Below, piece after piece: positions 10,586 to 21,969 of a stretch of DNA of 64,000 nt (position 1 is the first letter of the stretch; the number at the start of each line of letters is the position of its first letter). A program made the position numbers and the translations under genes. Source of the stretch: an uncultured Nitrososphaeraceae archaeon (GTDB taxonomy: Archaea; Thermoproteota; Nitrososphaeria; Nitrososphaerales; Nitrososphaeraceae); assembly GCA_963825865.1 (NCBI GenBank), contig CAWGVG010000028.1, forward strand, positions 32,001 through 96,000, given 5' to 3'. The notes under the pieces were generated by a model. The model was given only the letters and a program-made list of their open reading frames with translations. It was not told the origin of the DNA and searched no databases.

Positions 10586-11182
10586 TCAGATAGCTCGCAA
10601 TTCTGGTTTTGAAGAATAAATAAGGGCAAGAACAGGTTCTCGAAATTCTTTCTGTTGTAAAATCCCGCGATGAGCTAATGTTATTATTAAGCTGTTATTT
10701 CTAACACCACGCATTTTCATACACAGATGTTCGCCTTCAGCAACAATTATTACACCTTTTACTCCCATCCTCATTATTTCATCAGCTATTTCTTTTGTCA
10801 ACCTCTCTTGGATTTGTAATCGACGAGAGTATTTTTCAACAAGACGGACTAATTTTGATATTCCAAAAACTTTGCCAGACGGAATATATGCTATGTTTAT
10901 TTTTCCATAAAATGGAAGCATATGATGTTCACACATACTATAAAATTGGATATCTTTAGCAATGATTGCGTCGCTTTCTTCTGAGAAACTTACATCAAGT
11001 CGAGCATTCATCCTATAACCACCAAAAATTTCCTCATACATTTCAGCCATGCGATTTGGAGTGCCAATCAAACCTTCTCGATCGGGGTTTTCTCCTAGCT
11101 CTATCAAAAGCTGTCTTAGCAATTTTTCGATCTTTTTCTTATTTATGATATTTTTTTTTATTTTCACTTCTTGTTGGGTCAT
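10586..11182 (-). CDS. folE: GTP cyclohydrolase I
   Basis: REGLIGTP, SMCEHHMLPF, SKLVR, RRLQIQERLT and HLCMKMRGV motifs. Confidence 0.95.
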   Translation of the reverse strand: MTQQEVKIKKNIINKKKIEKLLRQLLIELGENPDREGLIGTPNRMAEMYEEIFGGYRMNARLDVSFSEESDAIIAKDIQFYSMCEHHMLPFYGKINIAYIPSGKVFGISKLVRLVEKYSRRLQIQERLTKEIADEIMRMGVKGVIIVAEGEHLCMKMRGVRNNSLIITLAHRGILQQKEFREPVLALIYSSKPELRAI

Positions 11183-11190
11183 TTTTATTT

Positions 11191-11922
11191 TTATCTGGCT
11201 CCTATTACTTTATGTAATTGAGGAATTATCCTTACCTCTTGATATAACGGATAAACTATATCATAAAATTCGAAAAGCCTTTCCACGGTTGGCTCATCCA
11301 TTCCATAACTCGGCTGTATTATAAATCCTGCTATATCTGCAGTCTTTATATCTTTAAAGATATTTTTCATTAGACGTTTGAACTCTTTGAGGTTAGTTGA
11401 GTTCGTTACTACTACTTTGATATATGTAATTTTGTGATTCCTGATAGATATCTCAAGACATTCAATTTCATTGCGTAACAAGTTGTGATAATACTTGTCG
11501 TCAACGACTTTGGAATCACTCATCTTTAATTCCACTTTACAAATATCAATATATGGTAGAATCCTTTCAAACCTCGAAGAATCAAAACATGCTGATTCTA
11601 TATATGTCCTTAGACCTTTTTCTTCCTTGACAAATTTGGCAAGTTCAATAACTGCCTCATATTGTAAGAGAGGCTCACCTCCAGTAAAGTTAACCTTGTA
11701 TGTATTGGGTTTGAGATATTTTGCTATTAGTTTCTTTGCATAATCAACAGAGTAATCATTTCCACTGTCCATTGGTAAGGCGTACGTAGTATCACACCAG
11801 ACACATTTCAGATGACAGCCGGCCATTCTCACAAACAGTGTTTTTGTACCAAACAGAATACCTTCACCTTCAATACTAGTGAATATTTCACTCAATTGTA
11901 TCCTATTGGCCATTTTTTGCAT
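11191..11922 (-). CDS. queE: 7-carboxy-7-deazaguanine synthase (radical SAM)
   Basis: EIFTSIEGEG, CHLKCVWCDT, TGGEP and PQLHK motifs. Confidence 0.93.
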   Translation of the reverse strand: MQKMANRIQLSEIFTSIEGEGILFGTKTLFVRMAGCHLKCVWCDTTYALPMDSGNDYSVDYAKKLIAKYLKPNTYKVNFTGGEPLLQYEAVIELAKFVKEEKGLRTYIESACFDSSRFERILPYIDICKVELKMSDSKVVDDKYYHNLLRNEIECLEISIRNHKITYIKVVVTNSTNLKEFKRLMKNIFKDIKTADIAGFIIQPSYGMDEPTVERLFEFYDIVYPLYQEVRIIPQLHKVIGAR

Positions 11923-12647
11923 AACGCGTTTTATCCTTTATACCTGTCTTGCTAATTGCAATCTTCCTATTTATACACGATTCGCATATTCCACAGTGCA
12001 AAATATTTCTATTTTTATTTCTTGTGCCATTGGAATAACAGCTCCATGTTTTGAAAATTTTATCTCCCAAAATTTTATATCCAATAGTCAACAATTCTGA
12101 TTTATCCATACCATCTACTGCGGGAGACCACACAGTGATTTTTTCTCTCAAGCCTGATCTAATTCCATCTGCTTCTGCCAGATTTAGCGTCTTGGTTATT
12201 GATTTTATAAATTCCGGACGACAATCAGGATAATGAATGTCATTAGTGTGTGCACCATATGCCACCATTTTAGCATTGATGCTCATGGCCCATGCTGTTG
12301 CGATAGTGATGAAAATTGCATTTCTGATGGGGACTACAATGCTATAATCAAAACTCTTACTTAAGTGCAGTTTGCTGTTTGTGAGCGAATTTGTATTACC
12401 ATATAGTTCTTTCATAAAGTTAATATCGACGACTCGATGATCCTTTACATTCAAAATTTTGGCAAACTGCTTTGCCTGTTGAATTTCTAATTTTGCCCGC
12501 TGTCCATAAAAAAAGGTTATCATATAAAGGTCGTATTCTTTTTCTCCTGTTAAATAAGCAGCAGGTACAGATAGAGTCAAGACCTCCACTTACAATACAG
12601 ACTACTGGTCCTTCTTCAGACGATTGGTTGTTATTATTTGGCAACAA
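11903..12647 (-). CDS. queC: 7-cyano-7-deazaguanine synthase (one frameshift near 12570)
   Basis: SGGLDS in the upstream frame, then YGQR, VPIRNAIF, YPDCRPEF, TWSCY and HCGICESC. Confidence 0.93.
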
Positions 12648-12736
12648 TATCGAAGTAAATATTGTTATTGATTCAGCTTTATCTAAATCTGACGGGAAGA
12701 TTCGTGCGTACTCAGATGCACATGTAGTGCACTAAC

Positions 12737-13309
12737 CTATCTTTTTATAAGGAGAGCATATATTCCACCCGTACCATAAGCAGTTGATATTAAAATTCTG
12801 GATAGCATTACCGCAATATCATGTCTTGCAATAAATAGAGTTAAGTCAATCTCCAATGCAATAGGAATGGATGCTAAAGAAATCAAACCGACAATCATTT
12901 GCTCACGATTATCAAGCCTGCTATATTTTTTCATGAGTACATAGGTAGAAAAATTACCTAATCCAATTCCAAGTAAAATTAGAAATTGGTATAAAGATGG
13001 AAATAGGGGTATTGCAGCAAAGGGCGCAGCCCAACATAGACCGTTAAGTGCCTTTGCATTCGCAGACCATTTGATGCTATATTTCATTCTACTGCGGACA
13101 GAAGGGATTATCTTGCGGAATCTGCTAAAAATTACACCAAATGTAATGGCGAAAGATGCGAACCAGATGATGGCATAATAATACAAGGGAGCTTTATTAA
13201 TAGATGCAACTTCGCTCAGCACTGAAGCCACACAAACAGCTATGGATACGCCTATGAAAAGAAGCCCAAATCCGTGTCTTACTTCAATTGTCTGTGAGTC
13301 ATTCTGCAA
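12737..13309 (-). CDS. Multi-pass membrane protein, unknown function
   Basis: Intact 190-aa ORF with about six hydrophobic segments. Confidence 0.7.
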   Translation of the reverse strand: MQNDSQTIEVRHGFGLLFIGVSIAVCVASVLSEVASINKAPLYYYAIIWFASFAITFGVIFSRFRKIIPSVRSRMKYSIKWSANAKALNGLCWAAPFAAIPLFPSLYQFLILLGIGLGNFSTYVLMKKYSRLDNREQMIVGLISLASIPIALEIDLTLFIARHDIAVMLSRILISTAYGTGGIYALLIKR

Positions 13310-13768
13310 GAATGACGAAACTTTCCCTTAACGATAATTTAAAGTATAGTAAAGATTTGTAAGATGAACGCTATTTAAATTACTAATCTAATCTAATGCT
13401 TTGTATGAAGTGGAACAGACTTGACTGATAAGCAAGGTCAGCAAAGGCAACAAGAATCTATGTAATTTATCACGACTAAGGACGATAACTACAAAGTGGG
13501 TAGGTAATCAAGCATGATACGTAACAATGAAAATGGATTGTTTTAGTTGTTACTTTGAATTCATTTCAACAATCTCAAAACCTGTATGCCAAGAATGCGG
13601 TTTTTGCTTTCTTTCTTAACTATTTCTATTGTTGTACCTACTCTTGCATTGTTATCAACACCAAATGCAATAAGGACGTAAAAGATAATAATTAACAAGT
13701 CGGTAAAATGTTGTATTTCAAAGCTAAAATACAGTTAGATTTATCGCCATGTTTACGGAATATAAAAT

Positions 13769-13891
13769 ATGCACACTTGTGAATCTTGTGGCAGGGTTAG
13801 GTTTTATTCATTGAACTTTATCTTTTCAAAATCCATATGCAATGAGTGCTACATGTTAATGACAGAGAAAGAAAAGTCAAATGAGAAGTGA
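13769..13891 (+). CDS. 40-aa CxxC-CxxC zinc-finger microprotein (not in ORF track)
   Basis: MHTCESCGRVRFYSLNFIFSKSICNECYMLMTEKEKSNEK*. Confidence 0.5.
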   Translation: MHTCESCGRVRFYSLNFIFSKSICNECYMLMTEKEKSNEK

Positions 13892-13927
13892 TATCTGTTG
13901 GATGGCATTAGATATGTTATCCATTCT

Positions 13928-14295
13928 TCATTCCTGTTGGCCCCCACAGTTTCTGCAGAACTTAGAGTCTGCGTTGATTTTAAAACCACACTCAATACAG
14001 AATTTAGTATCAGTATCGGGCTCTGGAATTTCTCCGGTCATTTTTGACGAAGTCATCTGAGAGGTTGTTCCACCATACATCTCCGTAACTGCACCAGAAG
14101 GCTTAAAGGTATCGTCGGTATCGGGCATTAAATCAGAGAGTTCCTTGCCTCTACCACCACCTTTCTCTTCGATATAAAGCATTAGCCGGGAGCTTGCTCT
14201 TTGGTTCCAGGATTGTTGACCTGTTCACCTAGCCATATAACAAATTTCTTTAGTGTCATCTCGGGAGTGGAAAAAGTAAGTGTATGGGTAGACAT
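13928..14295 (-). CDS. Zinc-ribbon domain protein (probable frameshift near 14190)
   Basis: C-terminal FCIECG..DSKFCRNCG; an upstream frame starts with ATG at 14295. Confidence 0.65.
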
Positions 14296-14366
14296 GTATT
14301 CTTCAGTTGCTGATCTACCATTAAAAACTTTCATCGATAGAGATAATATAGTTATGTGACTTTTAA

Positions 14367-14897
14367 TTATTGCGAATTACCACATTTACTACAAAATTTG
14401 GCTTGCTTAGGGATTGCCGATCCACATACAGTGCAACTTTTAGTTGTTGTTTCATTATTGTATGTAGAAGATCGTCTAACGTCTATGTCTATTGGCTTGA
14501 ACGTGGGTTCCTGTTGCTGTGGCTGATGTGGTTTGGGCATAGTATATTCTTCTTCCACATCCACAGATCTGCCAGTACCTTGAAGGAGATCAATACCATT
14601 ACTACCCTGATCAGTATCAGTAGAAGGAGAAGCCATTTCGTCATTAGCATTTTTCATTGGTGCTCTCTTGTCCTTCGCGGCTTTCATTTCTAAAATTACT
14701 CGAATAGCAAGGAAATTCATTGCAGACATCGCGACTATGTAATCACCAATTGAAGCAAAGAATTCTTTTTCGTTCACTTTTCTTTGCTTGTACAACTCAT
14801 TCGAATCGATAAATGACTCGTATTGATCTTGGATATCACTAATTATTCGCTTCAATTTCTCAGTTAGCTCTTGGAGAGTATCTGCTTCAAAAGTCAT
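14367..14897 (-). CDS. Zinc-ribbon domain protein
   Basis: Helical N-terminus, disordered linker, C-terminal CTVCG..AKFCSKCG. Confidence 0.75.
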   Translation of the reverse strand: MTFEADTLQELTEKLKRIISDIQDQYESFIDSNELYKQRKVNEKEFFASIGDYIVAMSAMNFLAIRVILEMKAAKDKRAPMKNANDEMASPSTDTDQGSNGIDLLQGTGRSVDVEEEYTMPKPHQPQQQEPTFKPIDIDVRRSSTYNNETTTKSCTVCGSAIPKQAKFCSKCGNSQ

Positions 14898-15337
14898 TGT
14901 TAAAGATGGGCATCACGGACTTAATAATACTTTTAGCATTGCATGAAATGTTCGTTATTTTTATACTATTGTCAAATTGAATACATAAACTAACTGATTT
15001 TTATTCTTATGAGTTATGAGAAGACAATAATGAATTTTTCACTTATAAGATTTAGTGATAAAGAATCTTGCGTGAATATAGAATGCAATTACAACAATAT
15101 TTAGACAAGACCACTAAAAGCAAAGAAAGCGAAGGATGGTGTGTATCAGAGTATTAATAATTGATTGACTAGACTTTACCTCCATGTTTGATAGGTTGGA
15201 TAGCCAGCAGAGTATTGTATTACACATCTAAAAATAATACCGTCAATGGAATTAGTATCTAATATAGAATATGACAAATGCAGTAATACAAATAACCTAT
15301 TAATATAGATATGTTCAAGCTGACGGCAGCCTATGAT

Positions 15338-15412
15338 GGAGGGATAGTCTAGATTGGTATGGATACCTGCCTTACACGCAGGTGGTCGTGGGTTCAAATC
15401 CCATTCCCTCCA
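15338..15412 (+). tRNA. tRNA-Val(TAC)
   Basis: Acceptor GGAGGGA/TCCCTCC, anticodon arm CCTGC-CT TAC AC-GCAGG, T-loop TTCAAAT; CCA not encoded. Confidence 0.97.
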
Positions 15413-15496
15413 CTTTGTTCATGGTTTTACACAAAAACTTCAATAATATATATGCACAATCTTGGGATTTAAAGTATTAGGATAAAAAATCTGCCC

Positions 15497-15688
15497 ATGT
15501 TTGATGCCTCCAACAAAACAACCAACATACGACTTCAAAATCTGATCATATACGGTAAACAGATGTCTAATCTAGTCAATCTTATGAAGAATGAACAAGC
15601 GTATATCAATATTCACACACCACATAACGTGAAATTCGCGGACCGATATACCAGTGCGAACGACAACAACGAACCGGATGACAGATAA
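15497..15688 (+). pseudogene. CHRD-domain gene remnant
   Basis: GKQMSNLVNLMKNEQAYINIHT followed in a shifted frame by EIRGPI (CHRD C-terminal signature); N-terminus missing. Confidence 0.55.
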
Positions 15689-15838
15689 TAAATATTAGCT
15701 TACAACGTCTTCTATTAATTCTATAACATTCACCTAAAAAATGATTCTTCATATACATTATATTCAAGATTTATTAATAGATGATCCATTTTATGGATAA
15801 CATTCATAGCCAGTTTAAGCATTGATATTATCGCCCCT

Positions 15839-16655
15839 TTGGTTGAAGACGATCCATTCTCTGACTGGTCAGAACTTGTACACCAGCCAGTATACTCTAT
15901 TGATGGAAAAAAACTTGGTTTTCTCAGAAAAACTATCTCAGAGTATATTATTGTCGGACGAGGCCTTATTAATTTAACAAAATATTTTATCCCGAAATCA
16001 CTGGCTGAATCAACAAGCAAAAAAGGGATCAGACTAAAAATTACAGCCTACGAAGCACGTTCAAAGTATTCATACGCAAAAATGAAAAATGTCGTTACTA
16101 CTTTCGAATTTCTCCCAAAATCTGCAATAGATCATAGGGTATTCTATGATAGATTCCAGACTCTGCGATATAGCACTACCAGAAATAGGTTGGCAGCAGC
16201 CATTGGGTTTATTTCTGGAATTCTCTTTTTGATTTCAGGTTACAAGGCAAACTTGGCAATTTACCATTTAATCAGAGAAGAGATTGTCATATACACCGCC
16301 AAGGACCTCTTGACGTATGCCTTAATTCCAGTTGGTATCCTAGCCATATTGAGCCAGCTTGGAGGAGTTACTGTATTGATGGGAGCAGGATTATTTGCTG
16401 TAAATAGGGTAAATCTCGGAAAATTTTTAGTGATGATTGGAACAGGCCAGGGATTATTCACTATTGGTTTACGTATATTGTCAGAGTTGTGGTCTGGCAG
16501 ATTAGCACTCGAAAATAATTATATTACATGGCTGACATCATCTGCCAGCAGGATTGGGGATATTGTTTGCGTTGGTATCACAATCAATTTCAAAAGGAAA
16601 AGATGATAGTGTTACCTATAGGGCAATAAGGTTTGCATTCAGAAGGAAGAAATAG
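15839..16655 (+). CDS. PRC-barrel-like domain fused to a multi-pass membrane domain (frameshift near 16550)
   Basis: PVYSIDGKKLG..KYFIPKS followed by 3-4 hydrophobic helices. Confidence 0.6.
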
Positions 16656-16743
16656 ATGAGAATACTGACGAAAACAAATTCCATATCTATCTCATGTGTT
16701 GCAATGATTGAGGAGCGCAGGGTGGTTTGCATATATCTTGCTA

Positions 16744-18214
16744 TTAAACATCGGCATACATAGAAAATTCGTGAGGATGTGGTCTTACTGCTACCTCATT
16801 ATGTTCTTTGGCTTCATACTCGATTATGATGTCGATAGTATCATTGCCGAAGATTGGCTCTAGGAACGCCCTGTCGCTCTTTAACCCTTCAGATGCTTCT
16901 CTCAAACTTGCAGGGGGCTGCTTGATTCCGAGTTCTCTTCTTTTATTTGGAGTCATTTTAAAAATATCTTCATCGACAGGGGTGTTTATTGCCTTTTTCT
17001 TCTTGATGCCATCTAGACCAGCAGCAACTATTGCAGAGAATGCAAGATATGGATTACAGGAGGGGTCAGGAGGCTCTGAAATTCAATTCTCTTCATATTG
17101 GCGAATTTTTGTCCCTTGAAATGAGATGGAATTCTTATTATTGCGGACCTGTTCCCTGTACCTCCACGCAATATATACTGGAGCCTCATAACCAGGTACA
17201 AGTCTTCTGTATGAATTAGTAGTGGGAGCAACAATAGCCAGCCAGAGCATAGGCGTGGTCTATGATACCACCACCAAAATAACGAGCGATTTCTGACATT
17301 TCTGCATACTCGTCGCTCGCATCAAAAAAGGAGTTCTTTTTGTTGTTCCATAGACTAACATTGACATGCATACCCGAGCCGTTATCCAGTGCAATTGGTT
17401 TTGGCATCATTGTAGCGATCATATTATGTTTTTTTGCGATGTTTTTGACAATATGCTTGTAACTCTGTACAGAGTCGGCTGCATTAACAAGAGTATCATA
17501 TCTGATATCTATTTCACATTGGCCTGCTGTTGCAACTTCATGATGATGGGCTTCGCAAATAATACCAAAATTATTACTTAAAACGTCTACACATTCATTA
17601 CGATAATCCATCAGACTGTCACCTGGAGCACTTGGGAGATAACCTTCTTTTAATCTCAAGGAATAGCCTACACTATCGCTAGACCAGGGTGATTCCCTCG
17701 AAGTTATGTTGTAGCTCTGGCCTTGATAGGGCGTCATGGTATTTACTTCGAGTTTATCAAAAACAAAGAATTCGATTTCAGGCCCCCAATATGAAGTGTC
17801 AAATCCTTGCTCACGAACGTATATCTCTGCCCGCGTGGCAATCCCTCTAGGGTCACGAGGAAATGAGTCCCTTTTATGACCGGCACTCAAAATATCGCAC
17901 ATTAGTCTTGCAGTATGATCTTTTTCAATCCAGGGAATAGTCGCATAAGTTGAGGGGTCAGGCCGAATAATCAAATCTGATTCATGAATTTCTGTAAAGC
18001 CTCGAATAGAAGAACCATCGAGCTTTGGCAGGCCATTATAAAAGTCTTCCATACGAAGCATATTAGCTGGCATAGTAGTGTGGTGAAATCTTCCTGTGAG
18101 ACCAGTAAACTGCAAATCGAGAAACTTGATCTTATCATCCTTTAACTTTTGCATAACCTCGTCTGGAGTGAAGGTCAAGGGTTCCATGTCGCCATCAATT
18201 ACTTTATAAGGCAA
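16744..18214 (-). CDS. glnA: Glutamine synthetase type I (two frameshifts)
   Basis: [55 protein letters not shown] and RPHPHEF motifs. Confidence 0.95.
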
Positions 18215-18316
18215 GTAAGATATCTCTTATCATAGGACACTAAAAGCCTATAATTTAAGCTTATCAGGAGGGTCTATGAGAGAAGGAAAAAGGCTTGGAT
18301 GGTGTGAAATAGTAAA

Positions 18317-18949
18317 ATGGTTACAGCAGTAAGAAAAGAAGACCAAGAAGTAAAAACAAAAAACAATAATAACAGTACCGAATCGATCAAAGATGCATAC
18401 AATTTATTATTAAAGGAAGTCCAAATCCCTACACTACAATCTATACCACCTGACACTTATCAAAAGATCGCCACCATTCTTGGGAGCCTGAAAGCTCAAG
18501 GATACGAAGGGATGGAAGCAAAGATCCGAGATAGAATGGCAGAACTGATATGTCTATCTGCCAAACTCCTGCTTGAAATCAGGCATCAAAAGCTAATAGA
18601 GTATCAACAAGGTGAGTCATTATCTTCAACAACACCAATGATAGATTATTCAAAACTTACCGATGAGGAAAAATATATCTTAGATGGAGAAAAAGAATCT
18701 GAGAAGAGGAAAAATGCTGTACTTGCTGCTACTATCAAAGGCAGACCAAAAGTTTTGGAATCAATTTCAACAAATATTCGTTCCAAAGAAATTATTGTCA
18801 GATTTATCAAACCAATGGAGCGATTTATGGGTATAAATACGGCAACATACGGTCCGTTTCAGGAAGAAGACGTTGCTGTACTGCCATTTGAAAATGCACG
18901 ATCTTTGATAGAGAATGGTAAAGCAGTAGAAATACATGTTGCTCTATAG
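18317..18949 (+). CDS. DNA replication GINS subunit (Gins51 type)
   Basis: Helical A domain with LTDEEK, then a B domain VRFIKP..FMG...YGPFQEEDVAVLPFENA. Confidence 0.8.
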   Translation: MVTAVRKEDQEVKTKNNNNSTESIKDAYNLLLKEVQIPTLQSIPPDTYQKIATILGSLKAQGYEGMEAKIRDRMAELICLSAKLLLEIRHQKLIEYQQGESLSSTTPMIDYSKLTDEEKYILDGEKESEKRKNAVLAATIKGRPKVLESISTNIRSKEIIVRFIKPMERFMGINTATYGPFQEEDVAVLPFENARSLIENGKAVEIHVAL

Positions 18950-19005
18950 TAACAAATGAAAGATAAAATAGTGTTTATTAATGGCTGGAATGCCAAGATA
19001 TCGTA

Positions 19006-19317
19006 TTGACTCATAATGGAATAGATATTGATCAATATATTTTGTTCACTATCTATCCAAGCAGTGTGTTCTTTGGATTAGGACTCATTGCGAAAAGAAA
19101 CCAAATGCGGGGATCTGTTAAGTATGCTTTACAGGCATTAACATGCATTATATTTTCAATAGTTTATTTTGTGGCCGTGCCAAATGGCGGAGCATACGGG
19201 CTTGCAATAGTGTTAGCAGCATTTGGTGCACTTCTATTCTTTATGGCAAGAAAATATATGATACATCCAGAAGAAGGACAGGAAGGTCAAACTACCACTT
19301 CAACCAAAGAAATTTAA
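19006..19317 (+). CDS. Small membrane protein
   Basis: Three hydrophobic segments; follows GINS. Confidence 0.6.
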   Translation: MTHNGIDIDQYILFTIYPSSVFFGLGLIAKRNQMRGSVKYALQALTCIIFSIVYFVAVPNGGAYGLAIVLAAFGALLFFMARKYMIHPEEGQEGQTTTSTKEI

Positions 19318-19622
19318 AAACAATAGATATTGGTTCTTTACAAAATACTTGCATAAAGTCATAAAAGTATGTCTATATCAATTGTGGTCTACAATTAAAT
19401 GGCCTGCTGCTGTAATGTTGACTGATAATTAATTGCATTTATGATATTGCTCTATAACAGGTCATTTTGTTATTTCCAGATGGTAAGAAAAAGAGTTTTG
19501 TTGTTTTGTTGTTTGTTGTTGTACACCATCAAGATATCATTGCTTGAGAACACCATCAAACTCATCCATGAACTACTTCAATAAATAGTAGTGTTTGCAT
19601 ATAATGTCTATTATTCATTTAC

Positions 19623-20147
19623 CTATGTCTCTCGGCCTTGACTGATAAGAGATGTCCAAGGTTTCAAAAGATCAAGATTTAATTTTATTAGCGTGATCTT
19701 TGCTTCATTTAGCAATTGTGTTCCATCTTCTGGATAGTCAGCAAGCACAACGATTCTTCTGATACCTACACTAATTACCATCTTGCTGCATTCGATACAC
19801 GGAGCAAAAGTAGAGTATAACGTAGCGTCCTTTGTGCTTCCCGCATTTCCAAACAATGCGCATTGCATTATTGCGTTTGCCTCTGCATGAGTGCATAAAC
19901 ATCTATCCAGACCTTCACCTGACTTGACTCTCCCTTTCATTCTAAGCATACATCTCGGACATCCGCCTTCAAAACAGTTTTTGATACCAGCAGGAGTGCC
20001 ATTATAGCCAGTTGCTATTTGCCTATTGTCCTTTACAATTACCGCACCGATATGTCTTGTAAGACAATTTGAACGAAGCTTTGCTATCTCTGCCTGAAGC
20101 ATAAAATAAGTATCCCAATCTGGTCTGTGCATTCTATAACTAATCAA
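19623..20147 (-). CDS. dCMP deaminase (ComEB family)
   Basis: RPDWDTYF, RSNC, TGYNG, HAEANA and PCIEC motifs. Confidence 0.92.
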   Translation of the reverse strand: MISYRMHRPDWDTYFMLQAEIAKLRSNCLTRHIGAVIVKDNRQIATGYNGTPAGIKNCFEGGCPRCMLRMKGRVKSGEGLDRCLCTHAEANAIMQCALFGNAGSTKDATLYSTFAPCIECSKMVISVGIRRIVVLADYPEDGTQLLNEAKITLIKLNLDLLKPWTSLISQGRET

Positions 20148-20384
20148 ATACTAATTATTATAAAAATCGTTAAACTTATTGTTAATAATATTTAAAATAG
20201 GCCTAACTGGAGTTATAATCTCAAGTCGGATAATGTGTTACATGATCATTTTTGATATAGTTCCAAATGCTTTGAATTCTATTCACTTTTTGCACACACC
20301 TGTTTTTTGATTCGAGATACCAAAATATTAAAAAGAAATATTATTAGCAAAATTGTATTCTTATAAGTCTTTTTTTGACATTCA

Positions 20385-21020
20385 TTACTTATATAACTTA
20401 AATGAATCGGTCATTTTTTGTATAGTAGGTAAATAACTTGAATATTTTGTTGCATCCGCTGTGTATGAAATGAAGTATAATTTATGATCTTTGATCGTCA
20501 AAAGTTCCATTGTTCTAGCTATCCCTATCTCTGCATTACTGTAGGTGTATATTACCTTACGTGCTGGATTATCTGAAAGAGTGGCTGAAGCTGATTCAAT
20601 AAGTTCAAAACTCGGCAAAGATCGTCGTGAACTAATCTGTGTGTTGGTATACTGATCTAGAGATATATTCTGAGACTTTAAATCTCCTACTTCTATTATG
20701 AGATATTCTCTAAATGTATCAGAAGAGCCTTCTAGCGGTGAGACAAAATTAACAATAATATTCCGATGCCCTTCTTCGATTCCTTGATCGAATTCAACCT
20801 TTTCCCAATTTGGAGGGTACTGTATCCTAAATGCATAAGTAGGATTTTCATATGCCAATAAATTGCTTGATGTTGTCTTCTGTGCCATTGCTTTTTGTAG
20901 AGAAATGGAATTGGCGATAATTGACGGCGATAAAGGAGAAAAAATTGATAGTGCGAGCATGATCATACTATATAACGATGAAAATGTAACGATGGGTCTA
21001 TGTTGTTGTTTTTTATACAA
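20385..21020 (-). CDS. Secreted PsbP-like domain protein
   Basis: Signal-like N-terminus, YENPTYAFRIQYPPNW and YLPTIQKMTDSF. Confidence 0.7.
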   Translation of the reverse strand: MYKKQQHRPIVTFSSLYSMIMLALSIFSPLSPSIIANSISLQKAMAQKTTSSNLLAYENPTYAFRIQYPPNWEKVEFDQGIEEGHRNIIVNFVSPLEGSSDTFREYLIIEVGDLKSQNISLDQYTNTQISSRRSLPSFELIESASATLSDNPARKVIYTYSNAEIGIARTMELLTIKDHKLYFISYTADATKYSSYLPTIQKMTDSFKLYK

Positions 21021-21309
21021 AGAGTGGTAATAATTGTATTTTATGTCTTGGTTATTTTGAGTTTCTGTATGAGAAATATAATCATTCTGTAAATTTGGAA
21101 GTTGGATGATGAATTACAAGAACTTTCATCATGCACGTCTTACTGTTATAACCAAACAGCTTAATGACGTAGTATTCTAAAAATTAGCGAGTTGATATTT
21201 CTTAGAAATGCCTATTTGATGACAGTATTGAGTTTCGGATGGTAAAGGCCTATAATGCTGATCAAATTGATAAATCAATGATAAATACTCGTTTATAATC
21301 AGAAGTAAA

Positions 21310-21553
21310 ATGATAATGGATAAAAATAATAATGACAATGAACAACAGAAAAGAGTAAAGCAATTAAATCAGGAAATTATGATGATTTTTGAGAAACGTG
21401 CTGCATCTTTTGGCTATGCTTCCGCTGCATTATTAAGCGTAATGTATTTTATTTCTGAAAGATATACAAAGGAGCATCTAGAGTAAAGCGATGTTGTTAG
21501 AATATTTTAGAACTGAATTTGATAGGTTTTTGAATAAGCTTGCTGAACAATGA
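21310..21553 (+). CDS. Hypothetical helical protein (frameshift near 21485)
   Basis: Two adjoining open frames giving about 80 aa; TTTATAA upstream. Confidence 0.3.
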
Positions 21554-21969
21554 AGTTATCATGAATCTGCTAGGGAAGATAAGATGAAGAAATTACCGGA
21601 TACTCTGTGTCTGGTAAGAAAGGGTGTTGTTCTTATGCACCCGTATGCTTGCTAATTAGCCATAGATAAGAGTAAGGAAAGCTTTTTCAAAATACAGAAA
21701 AAAAGAGCTGACATCTGCGGCCTGAATACTTTTAGACCTTTTTCATTCGTAAAGTGTATGTGATTACTTTCTCTGCACTTTCATTAGTAAGGCCTATTTA
21801 GTTGGAATATCGCTTCTCTACTGTAAATGCTGATCCAATTTTTGTCATTGCTCTCCAATTTATATTTGAACCCTCTGGATGATTCTTCTATTTCGAGACC
21901 TATATGGGAAGAAAATAATGCGGAATCTAGATCTCCTGTTATCTTTAGCTAGCAACACTTTAAAGTCTA

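Noticed and set aside
10586-12647. 7-deazaguanine DNA-modification (dpd) defence island
   Set aside because: No dpdA/TGT-like or other dpd genes nearby; the context is housekeeping.
15176-15397. 73-aa minus-strand ORF
   Set aside because: Antisense shadow of tRNA-Val.
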